Origin: Candidatus Cloacimonadales bacterium
Lineage (GTDB): Bacteria; Cloacimonadota; Cloacimonadia; Cloacimonadales; JAFGVF01
Assembly (NCBI GenBank): GCA_963667035.1
Contig: OY762964.1
Span: 1,472,001-1,536,000 of the forward strand
Direction: 5' to 3'
Length of the DNA: 64,000 nt
Part shown: one piece after another, positions 48,824 through 59,048 of the stretch
Position numbering within the stretch: the stretch's first letter is position 1
How the letters are laid out: the number at the start of each line of letters is the position of its first letter
Translations under genes and position numbers: made by a program
Notes under the pieces: model-generated
The model's input: only the letters and a program-made list of their open reading frames with translations
Database searches by the model: none
What the model was told of the DNA's origin: nothing

Positions 48824-50067
48824 TGCTTGATATAAGATACATCAGAGACAATACTGAACTTGTTAAACAAGCAGTTATAAATAAAAAAGCAAAAGCCGAT
48901 ATTGATTTGATTATTGAACTTGATGAAAAGAAGCGTAAATTACAATATGATTTTGATCAGAAGAAAGCTCATCAAAACAAAGTTTCTAAAGAAATCGGTA
49001 TGAGAAAAAGAAACAAAGAGAATGCTGATGACCTTTTAAAAGAGATGCAAGAAATTGCCGGAGAAATAAAAGAACTAAGTAGAGAAGTTAGTGAGATTGA
49101 TAATAATCTAACCGAACAACTACTCTGGATTCCCAATACTCCTCATCCCGATGTAAAAATCGGAGGTGAAGAGGATAATGAAGTTTTAAGCTATCATGGG
49201 GATAAACCTGAATTCGATTTTGAACCAAAAGATCATCTAGATATTGCAGAAACCAATAACTTACTTGACCTTGAAAGAGGTGGTAAGATTTCAGGAAGTG
49301 GATTCCCAATTTACACGGGTAAAGGTGCTAGATTGGAAAGAGCTTTAATCAATTTCATGCTTGACTATCAGATAGAGAAAAATGGTTATGAAGAAATTGC
49401 TGTACCATTGTTGGTTAACAGAACAACCATGACAGGAACCGGTCAGCTTCCTAAAATGGAAGATGATATGTATAAAATGACTGACGATGACCTTTTCTTA
49501 ATACCTACAGCAGAAGTACCGGTAACAAACATATATGCTAATGAAATCTTGAAGAATGACAGACTCCCTATCAAACATGTCGCAGCAACTGCATGCTTCA
49601 GAAGAGAAGCCGGATCCTATGGTAAAGACACTCGCGGATTGCAAAGATTACATCAATTCAATAAAGTGGAAATGGTCAGATTTGTTCATCCTGAGGGTTC
49701 TTACGATATTCTGAATGAAATGGTTGAGAATGCTGAGAGCATATTGAAAGCTCTAGGTTTACATTATAGAAAACTTAGATTAGCAACAGGAGATTTAAGC
49801 TTTGCATCAGCAATGACCTATGATATTGAAGTATGGGCTCCAGGAACAGGCAAATATCTCGAAGTATCTTCAATTAGTAACTTTGAAGATTTTCAAGCCA
49901 GGAGAGCTTCAATCAGATTTAGAGATAATGATGGTAAGGTTAAGTTTGTCCATACTTTGAACGGTTCCGGTTTGGCTACCCCAAGACTCTTCATTGCTCT
50001 TTTAGAGACCTATCAGCAAGAAGACGGTTCGTATAAACTTCCTGAGATTCTAAATCAATATTTATAA
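48823..50067 (+). CDS. serS: Seryl-tRNA synthetase
   Basis: LIPTAEV, FRREAG, HQFNKVE, TLNGSGLA. Confidence 0.97.
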   Translation: MLDIRYIRDNTELVKQAVINKKAKADIDLIIELDEKKRKLQYDFDQKKAHQNKVSKEIGMRKRNKENADDLLKEMQEIAGEIKELSREVSEIDNNLTEQLLWIPNTPHPDVKIGGEEDNEVLSYHGDKPEFDFEPKDHLDIAETNNLLDLERGGKISGSGFPIYTGKGARLERALINFMLDYQIEKNGYEEIAVPLLVNRTTMTGTGQLPKMEDDMYKMTDDDLFLIPTAEVPVTNIYANEILKNDRLPIKHVAATACFRREAGSYGKDTRGLQRLHQFNKVEMVRFVHPEGSYDILNEMVENAESILKALGLHYRKLRLATGDLSFASAMTYDIEVWAPGTGKYLEVSSISNFEDFQARRASIRFRDNDGKVKFVHTLNGSGLATPRLFIALLETYQQEDGSYKLPEILNQYL

Positions 50068-50086
50068 ATAAATATGTAATATTTAC

Positions 50087-50113
50087 AGGGCACTTTGAAT
50101 GTGCCCTATTTTC
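50087..50113 (+). terminator. Probable terminator after serS
   Basis: AGGGCAC-loop-GTGCCCT followed by ATTTT. Confidence 0.6.
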
Positions 50114-50278
50114 ATTTCTACTCCAAAAGTAATTAAGCACCTAACAATTCTAAAAGAATTCATGAATTATTACTATTCTCTGTATATACAAAATTTTGTA
50201 TCAAGATAGGTTGAGTTATTAATGTATTGCGTGTAAAAAAAACTTGTCTCATTTTTATGGTTATGAATATATAGAGTA

Positions 50279-51631
50279 ATGGAAAAAACTAAAAGCATGT
50301 ACTGTTGTAAACAATGTGGTTATGAGTCAGCAAATTGGCTTGGAAAGTGTCCCTCATGCGGAGAGTGGAATAGTTTTACAACAGTTGATAGAATAATAGG
50401 TAAAGGCGGTAAGACTAAACCGATCGCACTAAACACACAAAACTCCCCCACTCTTCTAACTAATATTTCAACATCAAAAGGTAAACGGATTCAATCAGGT
50501 AATGATGAATTTGATAGAGTGCTTGGTGGTGGTATTGTACCAGGTATGGTAACCCTCTTAGGTGGAGAACCCGGAGTCGGTAAATCGACATTAATGATAC
50601 AACTTGCAGAATGGATGTCGCAACAGAATCTAAGAACTCTATATATATCGGGAGAAGAAAGTCCTTCTCAAATCAAGGTAAGGACTGAAAGATTGGAGTT
50701 GAACGGAGATTTAGTAACACTCTATTGCACTAACAATACAGATGCTATTATTGAAGAGATTCAGAATAGTAAACCCGACTTGGTTGTTATTGATTCAATC
50801 CAATCTACTTATTCAGATAGAGTAGACAGTTTAGCCGGAAGTGTTACACAGTTAAGAGAGAATGCTGCTAGATTAACGAGAATAGCTAAAGAGTTTGATA
50901 TACCGGTTTTCATTATCGGGCACATCACAAAAGATGGTGCTGTTGCTGGTCCCAAATTAATTGAACACGCTGTTGATACGGTTCTGTATTTTGAGACTGA
51001 TCCAAGGAATTTCTATAAAATCCTTAGAACAACAAAGAATCGTTTCGGCTCAACAAATGAAATTGGAATCTTCAAAATGATTGATAAAGGATTGGAAGCA
51101 GTAGATAATCCGAACTTTGTCTTTCTGAATGAAGATGAAAATTCTGTTGGCACTGCAATAGGTTGTATACTTGAAGGTAGCAGAGTCTTTTTAGCAGAAG
51201 TGCAATCTTTGATTAACTCTTCAAGCTATGGTACTCCGCAAAGGGTCGCCAATGGTTTTGATCATAAGAAATTAGCACTTTATTTAGCAATTATTGAAAG
51301 AAGTCTTGGGATTTCCCTTAGAATGTCAGATGTTTTTATTAACCTGATGGGAGGGATAAAGGTCTCAGAACCCGGGCTTGACCTTGCAGTAATTGCTTCA
51401 ATACTTTCTAGTTTCAAGGATGAGCCAATTCCAGGAAAGACAGTCTTCATTGGTGAAGTAAGTTTAGGGGGATTTGTTCGACCGGTGGGTATGATAGAAA
51501 AGAAGATAACGGAAGCTAGGAAACTAGGCTTCGAAAAGATATTTGTATCAGGACGGTCAAAACTAACAAGAAATATTGACCAAGTAGTTAAAATAGAACA
51601 TATAAACGGAATAATGAGAAACTTATATTAA
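50279..51631 (+). CDS. radA: DNA repair protein RadA/Sms
   Basis: C4 zinc finger, GEPGVGKST, KNRFG. Confidence 0.96.
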   Translation: MEKTKSMYCCKQCGYESANWLGKCPSCGEWNSFTTVDRIIGKGGKTKPIALNTQNSPTLLTNISTSKGKRIQSGNDEFDRVLGGGIVPGMVTLLGGEPGVGKSTLMIQLAEWMSQQNLRTLYISGEESPSQIKVRTERLELNGDLVTLYCTNNTDAIIEEIQNSKPDLVVIDSIQSTYSDRVDSLAGSVTQLRENAARLTRIAKEFDIPVFIIGHITKDGAVAGPKLIEHAVDTVLYFETDPRNFYKILRTTKNRFGSTNEIGIFKMIDKGLEAVDNPNFVFLNEDENSVGTAIGCILEGSRVFLAEVQSLINSSSYGTPQRVANGFDHKKLALYLAIIERSLGISLRMSDVFINLMGGIKVSEPGLDLAVIASILSSFKDEPIPGKTVFIGEVSLGGFVRPVGMIEKKITEARKLGFEKIFVSGRSKLTRNIDQVVKIEHINGIMRNLY

Positions 51632-52728
51632 TGAGAGAAAAAGATTTAAGTATAACTCTTGCAGAGCTTAATACCAAATTCAAACAGAGAGTTATTGTAG
51701 CAGGATTTGACGGATTTATTGATGAAATCATTCATATTGTTGATAAATACACCGATGTTGGTGTTTATAAACGAATCGAAACCATTGCTGACTTTGCGGA
51801 CAAAGTAAATCAAGCATCTGGCTTAAGTGCAAACTTCGAATACAAAACAATCCAGAAAAAATTAGGTGGAAATGGACCAATAATTGCTAATGCTCTACAA
51901 GCTCAAGGAAATAAAATCCATTATTTTGGAGCTCTAGGCTTAAAAAACATTGACCCGATTTTTCAAGAGTTTGTGGAAAAATGTGAAACAGCCATATCTG
52001 TCGCTGACCCTGGTTATACCGAAGCACTAGAATTTTCAGACGGAAAGTTAATGATGGGAAAAGTCGATTGCCTAAACTTGGTAAACTGGAGCAATATAAT
52101 TGAAAGTTATAGTTTAAACCAGCTATCTGAAACTATTAATAATTCAGATCTTATCTGTTGCACTAATTGGACTAGCCTATACAAAATGAACTCTATCCTT
52201 GAAGGATTAGGTAGCATCGAACTATCAAAGAGAATTCCATTGTTTATTGATTTAGCTGATCCCCGTAAAAGATCTTTAGAAGATATAAAAAGTGTAATTA
52301 GCATTTTACAAACACTACAAAACAATTATAATGTAGTGTTAGGATTAAATGAAAAGGAATCTGTATTGATAGCAGATGTTTTAGATATAAATGTAGATGA
52401 CACTTTAGAAAGAAGTCGGTTGTTGCAAAGAAGCTTAGATATATATTGTGTCGTCATTCACCCTGTAAAATATGCAGTAGCATCTACTGAAATGGAATCA
52501 TTCAGAGTTGAAGGGCCATTCTGTTCAAACCCAAAACTTTCTACAGGAGCCGGAGATAATTTCAATGCTGGTTTTTGTTGTGGTCTGATAAATAATTTAT
52601 GTCTTAAATCATCATTGTACCTAGGTGCTTGCTCTTCAGGATATTATGTAAGAAAGATGCATTCTCCAGAATTATCAGAGTTAAAGCAGTTTATTTCTAG
52701 TTGGATTGATGGCAATATTGAGGATTAG
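51631..52728 (+). CDS. PfkB/ribokinase-like carbohydrate kinase
   Basis: GFDGFID, GGNG, C-terminal TGAGDNFNAG. Confidence 0.75.
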   Translation: MREKDLSITLAELNTKFKQRVIVAGFDGFIDEIIHIVDKYTDVGVYKRIETIADFADKVNQASGLSANFEYKTIQKKLGGNGPIIANALQAQGNKIHYFGALGLKNIDPIFQEFVEKCETAISVADPGYTEALEFSDGKLMMGKVDCLNLVNWSNIIESYSLNQLSETINNSDLICCTNWTSLYKMNSILEGLGSIELSKRIPLFIDLADPRKRSLEDIKSVISILQTLQNNYNVVLGLNEKESVLIADVLDINVDDTLERSRLLQRSLDIYCVVIHPVKYAVASTEMESFRVEGPFCSNPKLSTGAGDNFNAGFCCGLINNLCLKSSLYLGACSSGYYVRKMHSPELSELKQFISSWIDGNIED

Positions 52729-52730
52729 AT

Positions 52731-54632
52731 ATGAATAAAATGCAGAAGCAAAGAATTCTAGATTCTCTTGATTTAGAATTGAAGAACAGGCAGTATGTTA
52801 GAGTCGTTGAATCAGCAAAGGATTACTTGAAGAAAGAGGACGTACAAAATGATTCGTCCATGATTACCAGTCTGTATCGGTTAATAGCAAACAGTTATTT
52901 TTATCTAGCTCAATATGATAATGCTAGAGAAAGTTATTGGCATATTTATAACATTGCTTTGGCAAATAATGACGATACTAAACTGGCATTGGCATATCTT
53001 GGTATAGGAGGTTGCCACTTCCATCAGAACAAGACAAAACAAGCAGAAAAATATTTTCTTAAAGCAAAAGAACAGTATGAGAAAGATTCAGAGAATTCTG
53101 ATTTGAGTAATGTCTATAACTGGCTCGGAATTGTATACAATAAGCAAGAGAAACTGTATTTAGCATTAGAAATGAACCAAAAAGCAATGGAGTTCGCAGA
53201 GAAGAAGCAGAATTATGCTACAATGGAAACTTCATGTATTAGTGTAGCTCTTACATTCTTTTATATAGGTGATTCAGAAAGAGCTTTAGAATACTTCAAG
53301 AAAGCAGAAAGCATTAATAATCATACGAAAAACATTGCTGCTAAAGCCGATATTTATAATAATCTCGGAATGTTCTATAGAAGACAAAAGGACTATTGGG
53401 AAGCTGTTAAATATTATAAGAAAGCCATAGAACTGAGATTACAGTATTTTGATGAAGACTATCTCAGATTAGGATATTCTTATGGAAATTTAGCTGCAGC
53501 TGAAATTGATTTCGGAGATTACAAATCAGCTAAAAAAGATTTAGATAAAGCATTGGAGAGTTATAGTAAACTAGAGTATAATCCTAATCTTGTTCAAACT
53601 ATAATAGCTCAATTAGGTCTTATAGCAGTAAAAGAGAACGATGTCCAAGCAGTTAAAGCTGAGTTGGATAAATATGAAACAATCCAGTCAGAGTATAACA
53701 CTTCTGAAGAAATTGAACTATATTTATATGTTAAGTACATGTATTCTGAACTTATAGGAGATTTTAAAAATGCTCATGAATATCATAAGCAGTTCTCAGA
53801 AATAAGATACAAACAAGCAACTAAGTATCATGAGAAAGTCATAGAAGATATGGAAATGAGACTGAATTATGAGAAGAAAAAAGCAGAAGCAGAGATATAT
53901 CAGTTAAAGAATACTGAATTAGCAGAGGCGATAAAAACTAGAGATAAACTTTTTTCCGCAATTGCACATGATTTACGAGGTCCCATCTCTAGTATTGTTG
54001 AAGTCATGAGCTTAGTCCTACAGGATGACTCTTTTGAGTATAATGATATGGAAAGATTACTTCATGAGTTAAGAGCTAATGCAGTAAGTTCATATAATCT
54101 AGTTCAGAATCTTCTCTCTTGGGCCCGAACACAGATGGCAGTACTAAGTCCGGTAGTTGCAGAAATTGATTTGGATAAGATTACCGAAGACTGTTTATCT
54201 CAATTGGATTATTTATTGCAAAAGAAGGACATAAAGATAGAAAAGAAAGTATTAAAGGAATCAAGTTCTTTTGGAGACAAAGATATGATTTCTTTTATAG
54301 TTAGAAATTTGTTGAATAATGCTATCAAATTCACTGATGTTGGAGGACAGATAATAATAGATATTACATGTACATCTACATTTACTAGTTTTAAAATTAC
54401 TGACAATGGAGTAGGAATGACTGAGGAAAAGCAGAAACGTCTGTTTACATTCTTTACAGATAATTCAACTCCAGGGACAAACAATGAAATGGGAACCGGA
54501 TTAGGTTTAATCTTATGTAAAGATTTCGCTAAACTTCTTGACTCTGACCTCACAGTTGAGAGTGAACTTGGGAAAGGTAGTACATTCAATTTAAAACTTC
54601 CGATACAAAATCTAAACAGGTTGAAAGCATGA
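52731..54632 (+). CDS. Cytoplasmic TPR-containing histidine kinase
   Basis: TPR repeats; AHDLRGP, NLLNNAIKF, DNGVG, GTGLGL. Confidence 0.92.
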   Translation: MNKMQKQRILDSLDLELKNRQYVRVVESAKDYLKKEDVQNDSSMITSLYRLIANSYFYLAQYDNARESYWHIYNIALANNDDTKLALAYLGIGGCHFHQNKTKQAEKYFLKAKEQYEKDSENSDLSNVYNWLGIVYNKQEKLYLALEMNQKAMEFAEKKQNYATMETSCISVALTFFYIGDSERALEYFKKAESINNHTKNIAAKADIYNNLGMFYRRQKDYWEAVKYYKKAIELRLQYFDEDYLRLGYSYGNLAAAEIDFGDYKSAKKDLDKALESYSKLEYNPNLVQTIIAQLGLIAVKENDVQAVKAELDKYETIQSEYNTSEEIELYLYVKYMYSELIGDFKNAHEYHKQFSEIRYKQATKYHEKVIEDMEMRLNYEKKKAEAEIYQLKNTELAEAIKTRDKLFSAIAHDLRGPISSIVEVMSLVLQDDSFEYNDMERLLHELRANAVSSYNLVQNLLSWARTQMAVLSPVVAEIDLDKITEDCLSQLDYLLQKKDIKIEKKVLKESSSFGDKDMISFIVRNLLNNAIKFTDVGGQIIIDITCTSTFTSFKITDNGVGMTEEKQKRLFTFFTDNSTPGTNNEMGTGLGLILCKDFAKLLDSDLTVESELGKGSTFNLKLPIQNLNRLKA

Positions 54633-56512
54633 ATGGAATAAAAGTAAGAGAGTTTGAAGAACAAATCAAAGTTTTAGGTGACCAACACAAGTATGATGAG
54701 ATTATTTCTCTGTGTATAAAGAATTGGAATTCCGAATCTGAAGACATTGTTTTACAAGCTAACATTGCGAGATCAATTGCAATATCTTACTTTTATAAAG
54801 CAGAATATGAGGAGGCTTTACATTGGAATAATCTCTTCTCAAATCTTGTTGCTGATATAGATAACAAACAATTACAAGCTAAAGCTGCTATGGGCAAAGG
54901 AGGTTGTTATTACCATCTTCATCAGCTGGATAAAGCTGAGAAATTCTTAAAGGAAGCTTTAACTATCTATGAAGAATTGGATAATGATTCTGACTTGGCA
55001 TATGCTTACAATTGGATGGGTATCGTATATAATAGCATGAATAATGTATATCTGGCTCTGGATATGAATATTAAAGCCCTTGAGAAAGCAAACAAAATTA
55101 ACCTTGTGAAAATTGTTGAATCAGCTTCTACTAGTATTGCATTATCCTTTATGGATCTTGATGATATAGATAAGGCAAAAGAGTTTTTTGACTCAGCTAT
55201 AAATGCAAATGCTATAACAAAGAATCCTTCAGCCAAGGCCGATATTCTAAACAATGTTGGCATGCTGTTAAGACAGGATAATCATGTTAAAGAATCCATA
55301 CCTAAATTTAAAAATTCAATTGAGATAAGAGAGAAATACTTTCCTAAAGATTATGCTAGAATTGCTCATTCATATTGTAATCTAGGTACATCAGAGTTCT
55401 TAGTGAACGATTTTGTATCGGCAAAAAAGCATTATTACCATGCATTAGATTTATATAAAAAGCTACCGGTCAATAGTGAATTATTGCAGAAGGTCATGTG
55501 CCAACTAGCATTAATATACGTACGAAGTAAGAATTATTCAAAAGCAAAAGAGTTTTTGAACATGTATCTTGTTCTTGAAAGACAATCGAAAAAGAAATAT
55601 TTCATTGATCTTTATTATAGAGTTTCTTACGAATATTATTACAATCTTGAAGACTATAAGAAAGCTATAAAATTCTTAGATTTAAATGCTACTTACAGAG
55701 TTGAAGAGGCAAAAAGATATACAAGAAAAGTTGTTGAAGACATGGAAATGAGGCTTGAATTCGAGAAAAAGAAAGTAGAAGCTGAAATCTATAAGTTAAA
55801 AAATGAGGAATTAGCAAAAGCAATTAATACAAGAGATAAATTATTCTCTGTAATCTCCCATGATTTGAGAGGTCCCGTATCAAATATTATTGAAGTTATC
55901 AAACTTCTTCAAGAAGATAGAAATTCAATTGATCCCAATGAACTTGAAATTGTCTTTAGTGAATTACTCAATAGTGCTACAAATGCATATAATCTCTTAC
56001 AGAATTTACTATCATGGGCTCGGTTACAAATGAAACAGTTTACTCCCAACTTATCGTCTTTATCTATTCCTGAAATTGTTAGTGATTGTATTCAACAGAC
56101 AGAGTATAGAATCAAGAAGAAAAGACTAAAAATTGTCAGACAAATAAAGTGTTCTTCGAAAGCTTACGGTGATAAGAACATGATAGATTTTATCATCCGA
56201 AATGTTGTTACAAATGCAATAAAGTTTTCTAATCCAGGGGGAGTAATAACATTCTCTACATCATGTGATTTAGAAAATGAATATGTAAAAATATCAGATA
56301 ATGGTGTTGGTATCTCAAAATCTAAGTTAAATACATTGTTTTCTTTTAGTAGAGACAAGTCTACCCGAGGAACAGCTAATGAGCAAGGCTCTGGTTTAGG
56401 TCTACTACTTTGCAAAGATTTTATCACTCTCAATCATGGTAAAATTGAAGTGGAAAGTGAGCCTGGAAAAGGAACATCGGTTATAATAACTCTTCCTAAA
56501 GCCACAATCTAA
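54629..56512 (+). CDS. Cytoplasmic TPR-containing histidine kinase (tandem paralog)
   Basis: TPR repeats; SHDLRGP, NAIKF, DNGVG, GSGLGL. Confidence 0.92.
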   Translation: MNGIKVREFEEQIKVLGDQHKYDEIISLCIKNWNSESEDIVLQANIARSIAISYFYKAEYEEALHWNNLFSNLVADIDNKQLQAKAAMGKGGCYYHLHQLDKAEKFLKEALTIYEELDNDSDLAYAYNWMGIVYNSMNNVYLALDMNIKALEKANKINLVKIVESASTSIALSFMDLDDIDKAKEFFDSAINANAITKNPSAKADILNNVGMLLRQDNHVKESIPKFKNSIEIREKYFPKDYARIAHSYCNLGTSEFLVNDFVSAKKHYYHALDLYKKLPVNSELLQKVMCQLALIYVRSKNYSKAKEFLNMYLVLERQSKKKYFIDLYYRVSYEYYYNLEDYKKAIKFLDLNATYRVEEAKRYTRKVVEDMEMRLEFEKKKVEAEIYKLKNEELAKAINTRDKLFSVISHDLRGPVSNIIEVIKLLQEDRNSIDPNELEIVFSELLNSATNAYNLLQNLLSWARLQMKQFTPNLSSLSIPEIVSDCIQQTEYRIKKKRLKIVRQIKCSSKAYGDKNMIDFIIRNVVTNAIKFSNPGGVITFSTSCDLENEYVKISDNGVGISKSKLNTLFSFSRDKSTRGTANEQGSGLGLLLCKDFITLNHGKIEVESEPGKGTSVIITLPKATI

Positions 56513-56606
56513 AGCATAGACATTGAGATAATGTGTTATAAGAGACGATAAAGCTTGCCAATTGCATAATAGTAAGAATTATTGTTAAAAAATTAGGATA
56601 TTGAAA

Positions 56607-57062
56607 ATGGGACTTAGACGATTAGCAAGAGAGTTAGCCTTAAAAGCTCTTTACTCATACGAATTTATGGATGAGCAAGAATCTGCTGATTACTATAAAC
56701 TCTACAATGAGTTGAATAGTCATTTAGTTGATATAGCTCAAACCGAGCATGATTTTGAAAAGAATCCAACCTCTGACAAATCAATAGAATTCGCTTCTCA
56801 AATTTTAAAAGCTCTTATCTTTAATGTAGATAATGTAGATGAAATAATTAATAATCAAAGTGATAACTGGTCTATTGAGAGACTAGCTGTTATTGATAGA
56901 GAAATATTGAGAGTTGCTGTTACTGAGATGAAGTATTTAGATACTCCCCACCCGATTATTATCAATGAAGCTATTGAAATTGCGAAGAAGTATAGTACTG
57001 AAAACTCTGGAAAGTTTGTTAATGGTATACTAGATGCAATAAGTGGAGATCTTAGTAAGTAA
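56607..57062 (+). CDS. nusB: Transcription antitermination factor NusB
   Basis: RRLARELAL, IDREILR, INEAIEIAKKY, FVNGILD. Confidence 0.95.
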   Translation: MGLRRLARELALKALYSYEFMDEQESADYYKLYNELNSHLVDIAQTEHDFEKNPTSDKSIEFASQILKALIFNVDNVDEIINNQSDNWSIERLAVIDREILRVAVTEMKYLDTPHPIIINEAIEIAKKYSTENSGKFVNGILDAISGDLSK

Positions 57063-57955
57063 TGTCAGTTTTAAAGTGTAGCATTGGAGTATTTGCATAT
57101 AATGAGGAAAAGAACATTGGTAAGCTACTTGATGCACTTCTTAATCAAAATCTAAAGAACGTAGAGATACAAGAAATCCTAGTAGTCTCAAGTGCCTGCT
57201 CTGATAATACAGATAATATTGTAAGAAGTTACGCTAATAAATCTCCTTTGATTAGACTCATTTCTGAGAAAAAAAGAAATGGTAAATCCGCCTCTATAAA
57301 TCACTTTATTAGTGATTCTATAACTGATATATTAGTTATTGAAAGTGCTGATACTATTCCTCATCAAGACACAATCGAAAAGCTTGTTTCACCTTTCAGA
57401 GATAATCAAGTAGGAATGACAGGCGGTAGACCTATTCCAGAAAATTCAGATAAGACTTTTATAGGATACGCTGTTAATTTGCTATGGAGACTACATCATA
57501 AAATGGCTCTTATGAGTCCTAAACTTGGAGAAATGGTAGCTTTTAGAAAATTATTCAAAGGAATTCCATCTGAAAGTGCTGTAGATGAAGCCAGTATTGA
57601 AGCTCTAATCAAAGAGAATGGTTTACTAATTAAGTATATTCCGGATGCCACAATTTATAATAAAGGACCTGAGAACATTACTGATTTTATTAAACAGAGA
57701 AGAAGAATTGAAACCGGACATCTGTGGTTAAAGACAAATCAGAATCACAAAGTATCATCTCAATCTGGGATTATCCTAATAAATTTAGCTATCTCCGAGC
57801 TAATTGAGAACCCGGTTAATATGTTTAAACTACTAGGCGTAATACTCTTGGAGATCTGGTGTAGATTATTAGGAAAATACGACTTTTACATTAAAAGAAA
57901 GAATCCTTTCGTTTGGGATATTGCAAAATCAACTAAGGACTTAAAAAAAATCTAA
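57062..57955 (+). CDS. Glycosyltransferase family 2
   Basis: AYNEE, GK..SIN, SAD, QRRR motifs. Confidence 0.85.
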   Translation: MSVLKCSIGVFAYNEEKNIGKLLDALLNQNLKNVEIQEILVVSSACSDNTDNIVRSYANKSPLIRLISEKKRNGKSASINHFISDSITDILVIESADTIPHQDTIEKLVSPFRDNQVGMTGGRPIPENSDKTFIGYAVNLLWRLHHKMALMSPKLGEMVAFRKLFKGIPSESAVDEASIEALIKENGLLIKYIPDATIYNKGPENITDFIKQRRRIETGHLWLKTNQNHKVSSQSGIILINLAISELIENPVNMFKLLGVILLEIWCRLLGKYDFYIKRKNPFVWDIAKSTKDLKKI

Positions 57956-57956
57956 C

Positions 57957-59039
57957 ATGATAATACTATTTTTTAGAACCCTATTGTATAAATTATTCTA
58001 CAGATTTGGCTTCCCTAAATTGTTACCAATGAATTACACAATCAGTCTCTTATACAATTGTAATTCCAGATGCTCAACTTGTAATATCTGGAAGAAATCG
58101 GCTAACAACATGACTGCTTCAGAATATGAACGTTTCTTCAAATCAGTTGGAAAATCACCTTATTGGATTACATTTAGTGGAGGAGAACCATTTCTTAGAA
58201 GAGACATTGTTAAAGTTGTTACGACTATCTATAACATATCTAAACCTAAAATCATGAATTTTCCTAGCAATGGTATTTTGACAAAGAAGATCGTAAGTGA
58301 TGTTAAGAATATATGTCGGGCATGTCCAAAATCTCAAATAATTGTTAATCTCTCAATAGATGGCATAGAAAAAGAGCATGACAGGATTAGAAATATTGAG
58401 GGTAATTTTAAAAATGTTATTAAGACATATAGCCGTCTTAAAGCTTTAGAGTTTGATAATCTTGAAATTGGTATACATACGGTAATATCAAGATTTAATG
58501 TTCATAACTTTGCTGCTATTGCAAGTTACATGATAGATTTAAACCCTGACTCTTATATTACTGAGATAGCTGAAGAAAGAACTGAACTTGATACTATTGG
58601 TAGTAATATTACTCCTACTCTTCTTCAATACAAATCTGCAATTGATTTTCTTATTCACAGAATAAAGAACAACAAATATAAGGGCGTAAGTAAAATTACT
58701 CAAGCATTTAGAGTTGAATACTATACTCTTGTAAAGGAAGTACTGAGAGATAGAAAACAAGTTATCCCATGCTATTCAGGTATCAGTTCTGTACAAATTT
58801 CACCGGAAGGGGACGTATGGTCTTGTTGTATAAAGGCTAAATCAATGGGTAATCTTAGAGAAAAAAACTATCAATTTAAGGATATATGGTTTAATCGAGA
58901 CTTCCGGAAGGAACGTGAATCTATCAGAAACAAGGAGTGTTGGTGTCCTTTAGCTAATGCTTCTTATACAAATATGTTAATGGATTTTAAAACACTGTTC
59001 CGAGTATTCTATAGAGTATTTATTAAGTGGTATAACTAG
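57957..59039 (+). CDS. Radical SAM protein with SPASM/twitch domain
   Basis: CNSRCSTC, SGGEP, C..G...ISPEGDVWSCC. Confidence 0.88.
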   Translation: MIILFFRTLLYKLFYRFGFPKLLPMNYTISLLYNCNSRCSTCNIWKKSANNMTASEYERFFKSVGKSPYWITFSGGEPFLRRDIVKVVTTIYNISKPKIMNFPSNGILTKKIVSDVKNICRACPKSQIIVNLSIDGIEKEHDRIRNIEGNFKNVIKTYSRLKALEFDNLEIGIHTVISRFNVHNFAAIASYMIDLNPDSYITEIAEERTELDTIGSNITPTLLQYKSAIDFLIHRIKNNKYKGVSKITQAFRVEYYTLVKEVLRDRKQVIPCYSGISSVQISPEGDVWSCCIKAKSMGNLREKNYQFKDIWFNRDFRKERESIRNKECWCPLANASYTNMLMDFKTLFRVFYRVFIKWYN

Positions 59040-59048
59040 GAGGGGAAG

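Noticed and set aside
32992..56433. Longer antisense ORFs (e.g. 32992-33423, 47177-47545, 54209-54664)
   Set aside because: Each lies wholly or almost wholly opposite well-supported genes and lacks recognisable motifs.
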